From the NCBI GenBank assembly GCA_963823255.1, contig CAWGKU010000008.1, positions 80,075 through 144,074 on the forward strand: a stretch of 64,000 nucleotides of DNA, in the 5' to 3' direction. Numbering within the stretch: the stretch's first letter is position 1; each line of letters starts with the position of its first letter. This document shows positions 47,819-59,629 of the stretch, piece after piece. This DNA is from an uncultured Actinomycetes bacterium. Its GTDB lineage: Bacteria > Actinomycetota > UBA4738 > HRBIN12. The position numbers were made by a program, and so were the translations under genes. Under the pieces are notes generated by a model. It was given only the letters and a program-made list of their open reading frames with translations, was not told the origin of the DNA and did no database searches.

Positions 47819-48922
47819 GTGAAGTTCCGGTGTGACCGTGACGCGCTGTCCGAGGCGCTGCAGACGGTCCAGCGCGGTGTCTCGTCGAGGCCGGGGATCC
47901 CCGCCCTCACCGGCGTCCTGATCGAAGCCGCGTCCGAGGGCGCGTTGACGCTCACGACGACGGACCTGGAGGTCTCGGCCCGACTGTCGATCGACGTGCA
48001 GGTGGGGGAGCCGGGGATCTCGCTCGTCCCGGCGCGGCTGCTGGCGGACACGGTGAAGAGCCTGTCGGACGCCCCCGTCGAGTTCGAGACCGATCAGTCG
48101 CAGGCGCGCATCCGATGCGCGGCCTACGAGGGCTCCCTCCGGCTGCTGCCGGCAGAGGACTTCCCGGCGCTCCAACCGCCGTCGGGAACCCGGATCGTGG
48201 CGGAGGCGCCGCGGTTCGCGGAGGCCGTCGGTCAGGTGGCCAGGGCCGCCTCGCGAGACGAGGCCAGGCCCGTGCTGACGGGGATCCTGCTCGAGGTGAG
48301 CCGGGAGGGCGTGACGCTCGTCGCGACCGACTCGTACCGGCTCGCCGTGCGCGACCTCGTGGCGACCTCCGCCGGCGAGGCGCGGGCGATCGTGCCCGAA
48401 CGGGCCCTCTCGGAGGCCGGCCGCGCCGCCCAGGCGATCGAGAAGGGCGAGGTCGAGGTGTTCGTCGACGAGAGCCAGGTCTCGTTCCAGGTCGGGCCGC
48501 TGATGCTCACGTCGCGGCTGATCGAGGGCGAGTTCCCGAACTACCGGCAGCTGCTCCCCGAGCAGTACGAGAGCCGGCTGACGGTCTCCCGGCAGCAGCT
48601 GATCGACGCCGTGCGCCGTGTCGGCCTGCTCGCCCGAGACACGTCGCCGGTCCGGCTCGAGTTCAACGCGCTCGGCGTCAAGCTCTCGTCCTCCTCGCCC
48701 GATCTCGGCCAGGCGGTCGAGGCGGTCGAGGCCCGGTACGAGGGCGAGGACATCACGGCGGCGTTCAACCCGAACTACCTCGCGGACGGCCTCGCCGCCG
48801 CCTCGGGCGAGTCGGTGCGGCTCGAGGTGCGGGACGGCCTGAAGCCGGGGATCGTGCGGGGCGAGTCGGACGAGTTCACGTACCTGGTGATGCCGGTCAG
48901 GCTGCCGACGCCGGTCGGTTGA
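47819..48922 (+). CDS. dnaN: DNA polymerase III subunit beta (sliding clamp)
   Basis: Motifs MKFRCDRDALSEALQTVQRGVS.. and VATDSYRLAVR.. are present. 367 aa. Confidence 0.95.
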   Translation: MKFRCDRDALSEALQTVQRGVSSRPGIPALTGVLIEAASEGALTLTTTDLEVSARLSIDVQVGEPGISLVPARLLADTVKSLSDAPVEFETDQSQARIRCAAYEGSLRLLPAEDFPALQPPSGTRIVAEAPRFAEAVGQVARAASRDEARPVLTGILLEVSREGVTLVATDSYRLAVRDLVATSAGEARAIVPERALSEAGRAAQAIEKGEVEVFVDESQVSFQVGPLMLTSRLIEGEFPNYRQLLPEQYESRLTVSRQQLIDAVRRVGLLARDTSPVRLEFNALGVKLSSSSPDLGQAVEAVEARYEGEDITAAFNPNYLADGLAAASGESVRLEVRDGLKPGIVRGESDEFTYLVMPVRLPTPVG

Positions 48923-48929
48923 TGCCGCG

Positions 48930-50025
48930 TTGCGGCTCGCGTGGGTCGAACTCCGGGACTTCCGCAACCATGTCGAGACGCGCCTGGACGAGCTCCCCGA
49001 CGCCCTGATCACGGTCGCGGGTCCCAACGGCGAGGGCAAGACCAACCTCCTCGAGGGGATCGCCTTCCTGTTCTTCCTCCAGTCGCCCCGGACCTCGTCC
49101 ACCGAACCCGTGGTCCGACGCGATGCGGACGGGCCCGCCTACGCGCGCGGCGAGGTGGTGACCGAGGAGGCCGGCAAGGTGCTGGTCGAGGTCGAGATCC
49201 CCGGCCGGGGCGCCAACCGCGTGCAGGTGAACCGCTCGTCGGTGCGGCGTAAGCGCGATCTGCGGCGACAGGTGCGCGCCGTGTACTTCGGACCCGACGA
49301 TCTCGTGATCGTGATCGGGGATCCCTCCAAGCGGCGCGACTTCCTCGACGACGCGATCCGGTCGCTGTGGCCGCTCAAGGAGTCTGCCATGACGGCCTAC
49401 GAACGCACGCTGCGACAGCGCAACCGACTGATCAAGGAGTGGGAGGGGCGCGGCGCCCCCACCGGGCTGGAGGCCTGGGACGCCGAGCTCGTCAAGAACG
49501 GGAGCGCGCTGATCCGGCTCCGCGCCGAGGCCGCGGCTCGGCTCGCGCCGTCCGCGGAGCAGGAGTACCGTCACCTCGCCGGCTACGGCCTGGCGTGCGA
49601 GTACGCTCCGAACGTGACCGGGGAGCCGCTCGAGGAGGCGTTCGAGGCCCGGCTGGCCGAACGCCGCAGCGACGAGCTGATCCGGCGGACCACGCTGGTG
49701 GGACCTCACCGAGACGATCTGACCCTTGCCGTGCGAGATCTCGGCGCCCGGAGCTTCGCGAGTCACGGGGAGGCATGGGCGGCGGCGCTCTGCCTGCGGC
49801 TCGGGCTCGCGAGCGCCGTGGCGGAGGAGGTCCGCGAACGGCCGGTCCTGCTCCTGGACGACCCCTTCTCGGCGCTGGACCCGCGGCGGCAGCGGCTGGT
49901 CGGGGAGCGGCTCGCCGGAACGCGGACAGGTCCTCGTCAGCGTCGCCGACGACGCGCACGTACCCGAACCCTCGACGCTGGTCCTCGACGTCTCGGCCGG
50001 CACGGTCGCCGCGCGGGGGGCGTGA
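48930..50025 (+). pseudogene. recF: DNA replication/repair protein RecF; 1-nt insertion at about 49914-49918
   Basis: The TTG start gives LRLAWVELRDFRNH, Walker A GPNGEGKTNLLEGI, and the signature up to LLLDDPFSALDPRRQRLVGERLAG. The C-terminus ERGQVLVSVADDAHVPEPSTLVLDVSAGTVAARGA is in the +1 frame. Length is 3n+1. Confidence 0.85.
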
Positions 50026-50029
50026 CCGG

Positions 50030-50383
50030 ATGCCGCATTCGAAGGGCTTCGCGCACCGCAAGGACGAGCGGACCCTCAAGGCGACCCTGATCGGCGACGT
50101 CGTCGACGGGTTGCTCCGCGAGCGGACGTTCGCGCGTGGCATGCCGATCGGCCAGCTGGCGTCGGATTGGGCCTCGGTGGTCGGTCCACGGCTGGCCGCG
50201 GAGTCCGCCCCGGTGAGCCTCGAACGCGGTGTCCTGGTGGTCGCCGCGACCACCGGACCCTGGGGCGCGCAGGTGCGGTTCCTCGCCGAACAGATCCGCG
50301 AACGGGCCGAGACCACGATCGGCCCCGGGAGCGTCGTCAAGGTGCAGGTGGTCGTCCGGGACGATCCACGGAAAGGCTTGTAG
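50030..50383 (+). CDS. dciA: DUF721/DciA-like protein (Rv0004 position, helicase-loader family)
   Basis: 117 aa located between recF and gyrB. Motif WASVVGPRLAAESAPVSLERGVLVVAATTGPWGAQVRFL is present. Confidence 0.75.
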   Translation: MPHSKGFAHRKDERTLKATLIGDVVDGLLRERTFARGMPIGQLASDWASVVGPRLAAESAPVSLERGVLVVAATTGPWGAQVRFLAEQIRERAETTIGPGSVVKVQVVVRDDPRKGL

Positions 50384-50452
50384 CGCAAGGCGTTCGGAGC
50401 ACCGGGATGAGCCTCGGATGGTGCCCAGAAACGCGTTCGCTGTCACCTCCGA

Positions 50453-52499
<2,047 letters not shown>

Positions 52500-52519
52500 G
52501 CCAAGGATCGGGAGGTTCG

Positions 52520-54970
52520 GTGGCGCAGGAATCGATGCTCGGCGGGCGGATCGAGGACGTCCAGCTCGAGGACCAGATCCAGACCTCGTACCTGGACTAC
52601 TCGATGTCCGTCATCGTCGGTCGCGCGCTGCCCGACGTCCGCGACGGTCTGAAGCCGGTCCACCGCCGGATCCTGTGGTCGATGTTCGAGCAGGGGCTTC
52701 GGCCGGATCGCCCCTACCGCAAGTCGGCCAACGTCGTCGGCGGCGTGATGAGCAAGTACCACCCGCACGGCGATCTCGCGATCTACGACGCGTTGGTCCG
52801 GATGGCGCAGGACTTCTCGCTGCGCGCACCGCTGGTCGACGGGCACGGGAACTTCGGCTCGGTCGACGGCGACCCGCCCGCGGCCCAGCGTTACACGGAG
52901 GCGCGGCTCGCGCCGATCGCGCTCGAGCTGCTCCGCGACATCGAGGCCGAGACGGTGGACTTCGTCCCGAACTACGACGGCTACGAGCAGCAGCCGGTCG
53001 TGCTCCCGGCGCGCCTGCCGAACCTGCTCGTCAACGGTTCGGGGGGGATCGCCGTCGGGATGGCGACGAACATACCGCCCCACAACCTCGGCGAGGTGAT
53101 CGACGCGGTCGTGCACTTCATCGAGCACCCCGAGTCCAAGCCGAAGGACCTGATGAAGTTCGTCAAGGGTCCGGACTTCCCGACCGGCGCGATCGTCATG
53201 GGCCGCGACGGCATCAAGGAGGCCTACGAGACCGGACGGGGCTCGATCAAGGTCCGTGCCGTCACGACGATCGAGGAGGCCCCCAACGGCCGTCAGCGGA
53301 TCGTGGTCACCGAGCTGCCCTACCAGGTGAACAAGGCTCGGCTCGCCGAGAAGATCGCCGACCTGGTGCGGACGGGGCGCTTGAAGGACGTCGCGGACGT
53401 CAAGGACCACTCGAGCGGCCGAGAGGGCATGCGCCTGGTCGTCGAGCTCAAGCGCGGCGCCAACCCCCAGGTCGTCCTGAACCAGCTCTACAAGCACACG
53501 CAGCTGCAGGACAGCTTCGGCGTGATCATGCTCTCGCTGGTCGACGGCGTCCCCCGGACGCTGAACCTGGCCGAGATGATCGGCTACTACGTCGACCACC
53601 AGATCGACGTCGTCACCCGGCGCACGCGCCACGAGCTGAAGAAGGCCGAGGAGCGCGACCACATCGTCAAGGGCCTGCTGATCGCGCTCGACAACCTCGA
53701 CGCGGTCATCAAGGTGATCCGCGGCTCGCAGGACGCCGAGGAGGCGCGCGGCAAGCTGATGACCCAGTTCAAGCTCAGCGAGGTCCAGGCGAACCACATC
53801 CTGGACATGCCGCTGCGGCGCCTCACCCGGCTGGCCAGGGCCGAGCTCGAGCAGGAGCACAAGGACCTGCTCGCGCGGATCCGCTACCTGAAGGGCCTGC
53901 TCAAGGACCCCAAGAAGATCCGCGCGGTGATCACGGAGGAGCTGCTCGAGGTCAGGAAGAAGTTCGCGAACCCGCGTCGCACGCAGCTCAAGGCCGACGA
54001 GGGCGAGTTCGACGTCCAGGACCTGATCGCCGAGGAGGACGTGGTCATCACGGTCTCCCGAGCCGGGTACGTCAAGCGCCAGCCGATCGAGAACTTCCGC
54101 CGTCAGGGACGAGGCGGCAGGGGCATCCGCGGCGCGAACCTCAAGGAAGAGGACGTGGTCAACGACGTCTTCACGACGACGACGCACAACTGGCTGCTCT
54201 TCTTCACCAGCAAGGGGAAGGTCTACCGGGTGAAGGTCCACGAGGTGCCCGAGTCGGGACGGACCGCGCGAGGGACCTACGCCGCGAACCTGCCGGGGGT
54301 CTCGATCACGGGCGACGAGAAGGTCCAGGCGGTGATCGACCTCAAGGAGTACGCGGACGGGCGGTACCTGTTGTTCGCCACCCGCAAGGGGATGGTCAAG
54401 AAGACCACGCTGCCCGAGTACGACTCGCCGCGGACCGGGCTGGCGGCGATCAACCTGAAGCCGGGCGACGAGCTGATCGACGTTCGGCTGACCGACGGCA
54501 AGGACGACGTGTTCCTGGTCTCGCGCAAGGGCCAGGCGATCCGGTTCAAGGAGAGCCTCGTTCGACCGATGGGCCGGCAGACCGCGGGCGTGATCGGGAT
54601 GCGCCTGGCGCCGGACGACGAGGTGATCGTCCTCGGCGTCGCCTCGCAGGGCGAGGAGCTGATCAGCGTCACCCACCAGGGGTACGGCAAGCGGACGCCG
54701 CTCAAGGACTACCCGGTGAAGGGGCGCGGAGGCAAGGGCGTGATCGGCCACACGCTCACGAAGAAGACCGGGCTGCTCGCCGGCGCGTTCGTCGGGTCGA
54801 AGGACCAGGACATGTTCGTGATCTCGTCGTCGGGGATCGTGATCAGGGTCGCGGCGGCCGACATCCGCCGCGTCGGTCGGGCGTCGCAGGGCGTTCGGAC
54901 GATGCGGGTCGAAGAGGGTGCGACCGTGGTCGCGCTCGCGCCGGTCATCGCCGCGGTCGAGCTCGAGTAG
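52520..54970 (+). CDS. gyrA: DNA gyrase subunit A
   Basis: Motifs [30 protein letters not shown], the QRDR region [19 protein letters not shown] and [10 protein letters not shown] are present. SD gggagg lies upstream of the GTG. Confidence 0.97.
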   Translation: MAQESMLGGRIEDVQLEDQIQTSYLDYSMSVIVGRALPDVRDGLKPVHRRILWSMFEQGLRPDRPYRKSANVVGGVMSKYHPHGDLAIYDALVRMAQDFSLRAPLVDGHGNFGSVDGDPPAAQRYTEARLAPIALELLRDIEAETVDFVPNYDGYEQQPVVLPARLPNLLVNGSGGIAVGMATNIPPHNLGEVIDAVVHFIEHPESKPKDLMKFVKGPDFPTGAIVMGRDGIKEAYETGRGSIKVRAVTTIEEAPNGRQRIVVTELPYQVNKARLAEKIADLVRTGRLKDVADVKDHSSGREGMRLVVELKRGANPQVVLNQLYKHTQLQDSFGVIMLSLVDGVPRTLNLAEMIGYYVDHQIDVVTRRTRHELKKAEERDHIVKGLLIALDNLDAVIKVIRGSQDAEEARGKLMTQFKLSEVQANHILDMPLRRLTRLARAELEQEHKDLLARIRYLKGLLKDPKKIRAVITEELLEVRKKFANPRRTQLKADEGEFDVQDLIAEEDVVITVSRAGYVKRQPIENFRRQGRGGRGIRGANLKEEDVVNDVFTTTTHNWLLFFTSKGKVYRVKVHEVPESGRTARGTYAANLPGVSITGDEKVQAVIDLKEYADGRYLLFATRKGMVKKTTLPEYDSPRTGLAAINLKPGDELIDVRLTDGKDDVFLVSRKGQAIRFKESLVRPMGRQTAGVIGMRLAPDDEVIVLGVASQGEELISVTHQGYGKRTPLKDYPVKGRGGKGVIGHTLTKKTGLLAGAFVGSKDQDMFVISSSGIVIRVAAADIRRVGRASQGVRTMRVEEGATVVALAPVIAAVELE

Positions 54971-54981
54971 CGAGCCGCCCG

Positions 54982-56253
54982 CTAGCTGCTCTCTGGCGGT
55001 TCGGCAGGGTTCCCCCCGCCGCTCGCGCGCTCCTCGGGGAGCGGTACCCGTCGGAACCTCGCGAACAGCAGCACGTCGTAGACGCTCTTCAGGACCCCCG
55101 CCACGACGAACGGCGCACCGACCGCGACGGCCTGCATCAGCACCCCCGCGCTCGCGGCGCCGAACGGACGCACGAGGTAGCGCGCGGTGTTCGTGAACGC
55201 GGCCGCGGCGGTGCGTTCCTCGGGATCGACGAGCGCGGTGACGTAGGCCTGGCGGGCGGGCACGTCCATCTGCGACAGCGTCGAGCGCAGCAACAGCATC
55301 GCGCTCGCCGCGCCGAGCGTCGGCATCGCCGGGATCAGGATCAACAGGACGTTCGACGGCAGGTGGGTGAACACCATCGTCGGCAGGAGGCCGAACCGGG
55401 TGGCGAGTCGGCCGGACGCGATCGACGAGATCGCCTGGAGCAGCCCCGAACCGAACAGCACCAGGCCCATGAGCTCGGCGCTTGCCCCGAACCGCCGGCC
55501 GAACCAGAACACCACGAACGTCGACACGACGAACCCACCGGCGAACGCGTCCAGCCCGAACAGCATCGCCAGGCGGCTCACCTCCGAGCGTGAACGGCGG
55601 AGCGGTGCCGTCGAGCGTTCGGTTCGGGCGTCGATCGCGGGCGAGAGCCGGCGTGTGAGGGCGACGCACGCGATCCCCGCGACCGCGAGCACCAGCAGCC
55701 AGCGCTGGTCGGTCGGGAGGTTCGGGATCCGCTCGCGGATCAGGGCGGGTCCGCCGCCAGCGAGCGCGCCGACGGCTCCCGCCAGGTACGCGACCGCGTT
55801 GTAGCGACCGAAGACCCGGGCGCGGATCTCGGGCGCGGCGCCACCCATCATCGCCTGCTCGAGCGAGGTGAGCGGCCCCGACTCGTTCGCGTCGGTCGAC
55901 AGGGTGCCGGTGAGGGCCACGAGCACCAGCACCACCACCGAATCGGAGAGCGCGTAAGCGACCCCGGCCGCGCTCATCACCCAGAGCAGGAGGACGTACG
56001 CCCGGCGCCGCCCCAGTCGGTCCCCGGCGAGCCCGATCGCGATCGAGACAAGCGCGTTGCCGGCCAGGATCGCAGCGAAGACGAGCCCGACCTGGCCGTC
56101 GGACAGGCCGCCGTCCGCGAGCGCGGCGCCCAACACCACGCTCGCGAAGCCGTAGCCGAACGCGCGGAGGGACTGGATCGCCAGGATGATCCGCAGGTCG
56201 TGCTCGAGCCGGGTGGTGGGATCCACGAGCGTCGTCTCGATGGATAATCCCAT
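54982..56253 (-). CDS. MFS transporter
   Basis: 423 aa with 12 predicted TM segments and motif GLAGDRLGRRRAY. An alternative GTG start at 56226 would remove the overlap with the divergent ORF. Confidence 0.8.
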   Translation of the reverse strand: MGLSIETTLVDPTTRLEHDLRIILAIQSLRAFGYGFASVVLGAALADGGLSDGQVGLVFAAILAGNALVSIAIGLAGDRLGRRRAYVLLLWVMSAAGVAYALSDSVVVLVLVALTGTLSTDANESGPLTSLEQAMMGGAAPEIRARVFGRYNAVAYLAGAVGALAGGGPALIRERIPNLPTDQRWLLVLAVAGIACVALTRRLSPAIDARTERSTAPLRRSRSEVSRLAMLFGLDAFAGGFVVSTFVVFWFGRRFGASAELMGLVLFGSGLLQAISSIASGRLATRFGLLPTMVFTHLPSNVLLILIPAMPTLGAASAMLLLRSTLSQMDVPARQAYVTALVDPEERTAAAAFTNTARYLVRPFGAASAGVLMQAVAVGAPFVVAGVLKSVYDVLLFARFRRVPLPEERASGGGNPAEPPESS

Positions 56254-56542
56254 CGTGTCGACCGGAGCCGGCGTCGCGATGATCGTCGGCGCGAGCGCGC
56301 TCGGCCTGCTGACCGTCTTCGTCCTGTGGCATCGGATCCCGGCGGGCCCCGCGTACGCGCTGACAACGGTCTGGGGGATCGGCGTTGCGGTCGGCGGTCT
56401 CCTCGTACAGGAGGACGTCGGTGCGGCGTCGTGGGTGCTCGCCCTCGGCGTGCTCGGCGTGATCGGGCCGGTGCACGCCCGGCTCGTGTTCGGACCGCCG
56501 GGGCGAGCCGACGTGGTTGCCGCCGGGCCTGCCGCCGCGTAG
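56240..56542 (+). CDS. small hydrophobic membrane protein (about 100 aa, 3 TM)
   Basis: ORF with hydrophobic segments MIVGASALGLLTVFVLW, ALTTVWGIGVAVGGLLV and WVLALGVLGVIGPV. No family is recognised. Confidence 0.4.
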   Translation: MDNPIVSTGAGVAMIVGASALGLLTVFVLWHRIPAGPAYALTTVWGIGVAVGGLLVQEDVGAASWVLALGVLGVIGPVHARLVFGPPGRADVVAAGPAAA

Positions 56543-56557
56543 AAAGAGCCCGAACCC

Positions 56558-57013
56558 GTGAGCGATCCCGCCGATCAGGCCACCGTCGCCCCGCCCGAGC
56601 CCGCGCCTGCGGAGGCTCCCGTCCCCGCCGAGCGGGGGCGCTCGAGGCGCTCCTCGCCCGCTCGGTCGCGTCAGGCCAAGGTCGTGCTCCGCAAGGTCGG
56701 CCCGTGGTCGGTGCTGAAGATCTCGTTCCTGTTCTACCTGTGCGTGATGGTGGTGATCCTCGGCGCGATGATGATCCTGTACGCGATCCTCGGGGCGATC
56801 GGTGCGCTCGACTCCCTGACGCGGCTCATCCGAGACCTGTTCGCCGACCAGTCCTTCGAGATCAACGGCGGGTGGCTGTTCAGCCGCGGCCTGTCGATCG
56901 GGCTCGCGCTCGTCGTGCTGTGGACGCTCATCAACGTCTTCATCGTGTTCCTGTACAACCTGCTCTCCGACGTCGTCGGCGGCATCGAGGTCACGCTCTC
57001 CGAACGCCGGTAA
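56558..57013 (+). CDS. DUF3566-type membrane protein conserved downstream of gyrA in Actinobacteria (Rv0007 position)
   Basis: Motif VVLRKVGPWSVLKISFLFYLCVMVVILGAMMILY...FIVFLYNLLSDVVGGIEVTL is present. The family name is from memory. Confidence 0.7.
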   Translation: MSDPADQATVAPPEPAPAEAPVPAERGRSRRSSPARSRQAKVVLRKVGPWSVLKISFLFYLCVMVVILGAMMILYAILGAIGALDSLTRLIRDLFADQSFEINGGWLFSRGLSIGLALVVLWTLINVFIVFLYNLLSDVVGGIEVTLSERR

Positions 57014-57122
57014 CGCGACAGGTCGCCACGCACACGCGCAGGTCAGGCGCACGATTGACACCCTTTCCGAGCCACGCGTACGCTTGCCGGCGGGCCGGGT
57101 GAAGGCCCCTGCAGTGTCCCTC

Positions 57123-57197
57123 GGGCCTGTAGCTCAGCTCGGTTAGAGCGCATCCCTGATAAGGATGAGGTCGTTGGTTCAAGTCCAACCAGGCCCA
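57123..57197 (+). tRNA. ileT: tRNA-Ile (anticodon GAT)
   Basis: A hand-folded cloverleaf gives acceptor GGGCCTG/CAGGCCC, anticodon loop CTGATAA and T-loop TTCAAGT. No encoded CCA. Confidence 0.9.
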
Positions 57198-57218
57198 CCC
57201 GGCGAGGAGGAGGCGGCG

Positions 57219-57389
57219 ATGTCCGAAGGAACTGAGGAAACGAAGAAGAGCGGCTTCTTCGGCAAGCTGATGAAGATCGCGTTCATCGCGGCGATCGTGG
57301 CGGCGGTCGTGGCCGTCTTCAAGCGTCGGCGTGGCAAGGATCTTGACGAGGACGAGTGGCAGGAGCTCCCCCCGCCCGCGGGCGGGTAG
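57219..57389 (+). CDS. 56-aa single-TM protein with acidic Trp-containing tail (reminiscent of the actinobacterial DLW-39 small-protein family)
   Basis: Strong SD gaggaggagg. The sequence is MSEGTEETKKSGFFGKLMKIAFIAAIVAAVVAVFKRRRGKDLDEDEWQELPPPAGG. A terminator hairpin follows. Confidence 0.55.
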   Translation: MSEGTEETKKSGFFGKLMKIAFIAAIVAAVVAVFKRRRGKDLDEDEWQELPPPAGG

Positions 57390-57411
57390 GCCGAGCCGAC
57401 CACGTTCCGCC

Positions 57412-57438
57412 AAGGGCCCGCGCTCGTCGCGGGCCCTT
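57412..57438 (+). terminator. GC-rich hairpin AAGGGCCCGCG-ctcgt-CGCGGGCCCTT (no U-tract)
   Basis: Perfect 11-bp inverted repeat 22 nt after the stop of the small ORF. Confidence 0.5.
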
Positions 57439-57463
57439 CGCGTTGGGTCGCCAAAGGGCTCGG

Positions 57464-57469
57464 TAGACT
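57464..57469 (+). promoter_or_regulatory. -10 box TAGACT, 8 nt upstream of the GTG of the GNAT-like gene (leaderless-type)
   Basis: Read directly from the sequence. Confidence 0.4.
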
Positions 57470-57477
57470 TCGGCGCC

Positions 57478-58293
57478 GTGGAGCGCGATCCGTGGGAGCT
57501 GGCGTTCGAGGCGGCTCGCGCGGCCGGGGTCGAGCTCCGGCCGCTCGCCGAGCTCGAGGACGCGGATCGCATCCTCCGGATCATGAACGCCACCTGGGCG
57601 GGCCCCGAGCCGTTCCCGCGCGAGATGCTCCGCGCGCTCGCCGACAGCGGGAACGTTCCGTTCGGCGCGTTCGACGGCGACGAGACGATCGGGTACGTGC
57701 TCGGGTGGGCGGGGGTCGACCCCGAGGACGGGCTGCACACCCATTCGCACATGCTCGCCGCGTTGCCCGATCGCCGTCATCGAGGGGTCGGGTACGCGCT
57801 CAAGCTCGCGCAACGCGCGCAGGCGCTCGACCAGGAGATCGCCGAGATCCGGTGGACGTTCGACCCGCTCGTGGCGCGCAACGGCTACTTCAACCTCTCC
57901 AAGCTGGGCGCGGTCGCCGACCGGTTCGACCGCAACCACTACGGGGCGATGGTCGACGAGGTGAACGCCGGTGAGCGGAGCGACCGCTTCACCATCCGGT
58001 GGGATCTGGGGCGCGAGCCCGGCCCGAGGGAGGTCGGCGCCCACGAGTCCGCGCTCGAGGACGCGGACGGGTGGCCGGGCGAGGTCCGGGCGCCGTCGGG
58101 ACGCTCGGCCCTCGTCACGGTTCCGAGCGAGTACGCGCGGATCCGGATCGACGATGCCCCGTGCGCGTCGGCGTGGCGGGATGCCTCGGCGCAGGCGATC
58201 GAGGCCTGCCTGACGGCCGGGATGATCGCGGCGGGGTTCGACCGGGGCTCCTCGAGCTACGTGTTCGCGCTCGCCGAGGACGTGCCCAGGTGA
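57478..58293 (+). CDS. GNAT-like acyltransferase, translationally coupled to the OSBS/NSAR gene
   Basis: 271 aa. The GNAT core is GYVLGW...HMLAALPDRRHRGVGYALKLAQRAQA. The stop overlaps the downstream GTG (GTGA). Confidence 0.6.
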   Translation: MERDPWELAFEAARAAGVELRPLAELEDADRILRIMNATWAGPEPFPREMLRALADSGNVPFGAFDGDETIGYVLGWAGVDPEDGLHTHSHMLAALPDRRHRGVGYALKLAQRAQALDQEIAEIRWTFDPLVARNGYFNLSKLGAVADRFDRNHYGAMVDEVNAGERSDRFTIRWDLGREPGPREVGAHESALEDADGWPGEVRAPSGRSALVTVPSEYARIRIDDAPCASAWRDASAQAIEACLTAGMIAAGFDRGSSSYVFALAEDVPR

Positions 58294-59402
58294 CGCGGGT
58301 CCGCTCGATCGAGCTGCGCCTGGTCGCGATCCCGCTGGTGCGGCCGTTCCGGACCAGCTTCGGCGAGTCCACGGAGAAGGTGTGCATCCTCGCGCGCGTC
58401 GAGACCGACGAGGCGTTCGGGTGGGGGGAGTGTGTGAGCGACGTCGAGCCGAACTTCTCCGAGGAGTGGAACGACGGGGCCTGGCTGATGATCCGGGACT
58501 TCCTCGCGCCCGCCCTGTTCGCCGCGGGGGACGTAGACCCCGAAGGCCTGGGCTCGGTCTTCTCGTTCGTCCGCGGACACCCGATGGCCAAGGCCACGCT
58601 CGGGAACGCGGTGCTCGACGCGGAGCTTCGGGCGCAGGGCCGCTCGCTCGCCGCCTACCTGGGCGCGGTCCGGGACCGCGTCGCGTGCGGCGTCTCGGTC
58701 GGGATCGCCTCGTCCACGGAGACGCTGCTGGAGCAGGTGTCGGGCTACCTCGCCGAGGGGTACCGGCGCGTCAAGCTCAAGATCGAACCGGGCAATGACG
58801 TCGAACGCGTCCGCGCGGTCCGCGAGGCGAACCCCGAGATCCTGCTCTCGGTGGACGCGAACGCCGCCTACGGGCTCACCGACGTCGACGTGTTCCGGCA
58901 GCTCGATGCGTTCGGGCTGCTGATGGTGGAGCAGCCGTTGCACCACGAGGACCTCTACGAGCACTCGCTGCTCCAACGAGAGATCCGGACCGACCTGTGT
59001 CTCGACGAGTCGATCCGTTCGTCCGCGGACGCCCGTGCGGCGATCGAGCTCGGCTCGTGCCGGATCGTGAACATCAAGCAGGGTCGCGTTGGCGGGCTCC
59101 TCGAGGCCAAGCGCGTGCACGACGTGGCCGCCGAGCTCGGCGTCCCCGTCTGGTGCGGCGGGATGCTCGAGACCGGGATCGGGCGTTCGACGAACCTCGC
59201 GCTCGCCGCGCTGCCGAACTTCACGTTGCCCGGCGACACGAGCGCGACCTCGCGGTACTTCGCCGAGGACCTGACCGAACCGCTCGTCCTCGCGCCCGAC
59301 GGGACGCTGCCGGTCCCCGACGGGCCCGGGATCGGCGCCGACCCCGACGCCGGGCGGCTCGAGGCCGCCACCCGTCGGGTCGAGCGGCTGGAGAAAGAGT
59401 GA
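58290..59402 (+). CDS. menC: enolase-superfamily o-succinylbenzoate synthase / N-succinylamino-acid racemase (MenC/NSAR subgroup)
   Basis: Motifs RPFRTSFGE, KLKIEPG, SVDANAAY, MVEQPL, LDES and NIKQGRVGG (KxK, D, E, D, K catalytic pattern) are present. Confidence 0.8.
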   Translation: MTRVRSIELRLVAIPLVRPFRTSFGESTEKVCILARVETDEAFGWGECVSDVEPNFSEEWNDGAWLMIRDFLAPALFAAGDVDPEGLGSVFSFVRGHPMAKATLGNAVLDAELRAQGRSLAAYLGAVRDRVACGVSVGIASSTETLLEQVSGYLAEGYRRVKLKIEPGNDVERVRAVREANPEILLSVDANAAYGLTDVDVFRQLDAFGLLMVEQPLHHEDLYEHSLLQREIRTDLCLDESIRSSADARAAIELGSCRIVNIKQGRVGGLLEAKRVHDVAAELGVPVWCGGMLETGIGRSTNLALAALPNFTLPGDTSATSRYFAEDLTEPLVLAPDGTLPVPDGPGIGADPDAGRLEAATRRVERLEKE

Positions 59403-59462
59403 CAAAACCTCGCGCACCGGGTTGACCGGTCCTCGGGCCGTCCATACAGTGCCCGATGAGAG

Positions 59463-59501
59463 ACCGCTGTGACCTTCGGGTCGCGGCGGTTTCTCACTTT
59501 T
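59463..59501 (+). terminator. rho-independent-type terminator: 12-bp stem (two G-U pairs), UUCG tetraloop, T-rich tail tttctcacttttcc
   Basis: ACCGCTGTGACC-TTCG-GGTCGCGGCGGT followed by a T-rich run, 60 nt after the menC stop. Confidence 0.6.
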
Positions 59502-59629
59502 CCGGGGTCGTTCGACCCGCCCGTCTCCTGCTTCGTCCGTCCCCGCGACCGGTTCGATGGCGCAAGCCGCACATGCCGGTTGCTGCTCGTCCTAGACTCC
59601 ATCGACGCCGGTCGACGAGAGGCTGCGGG

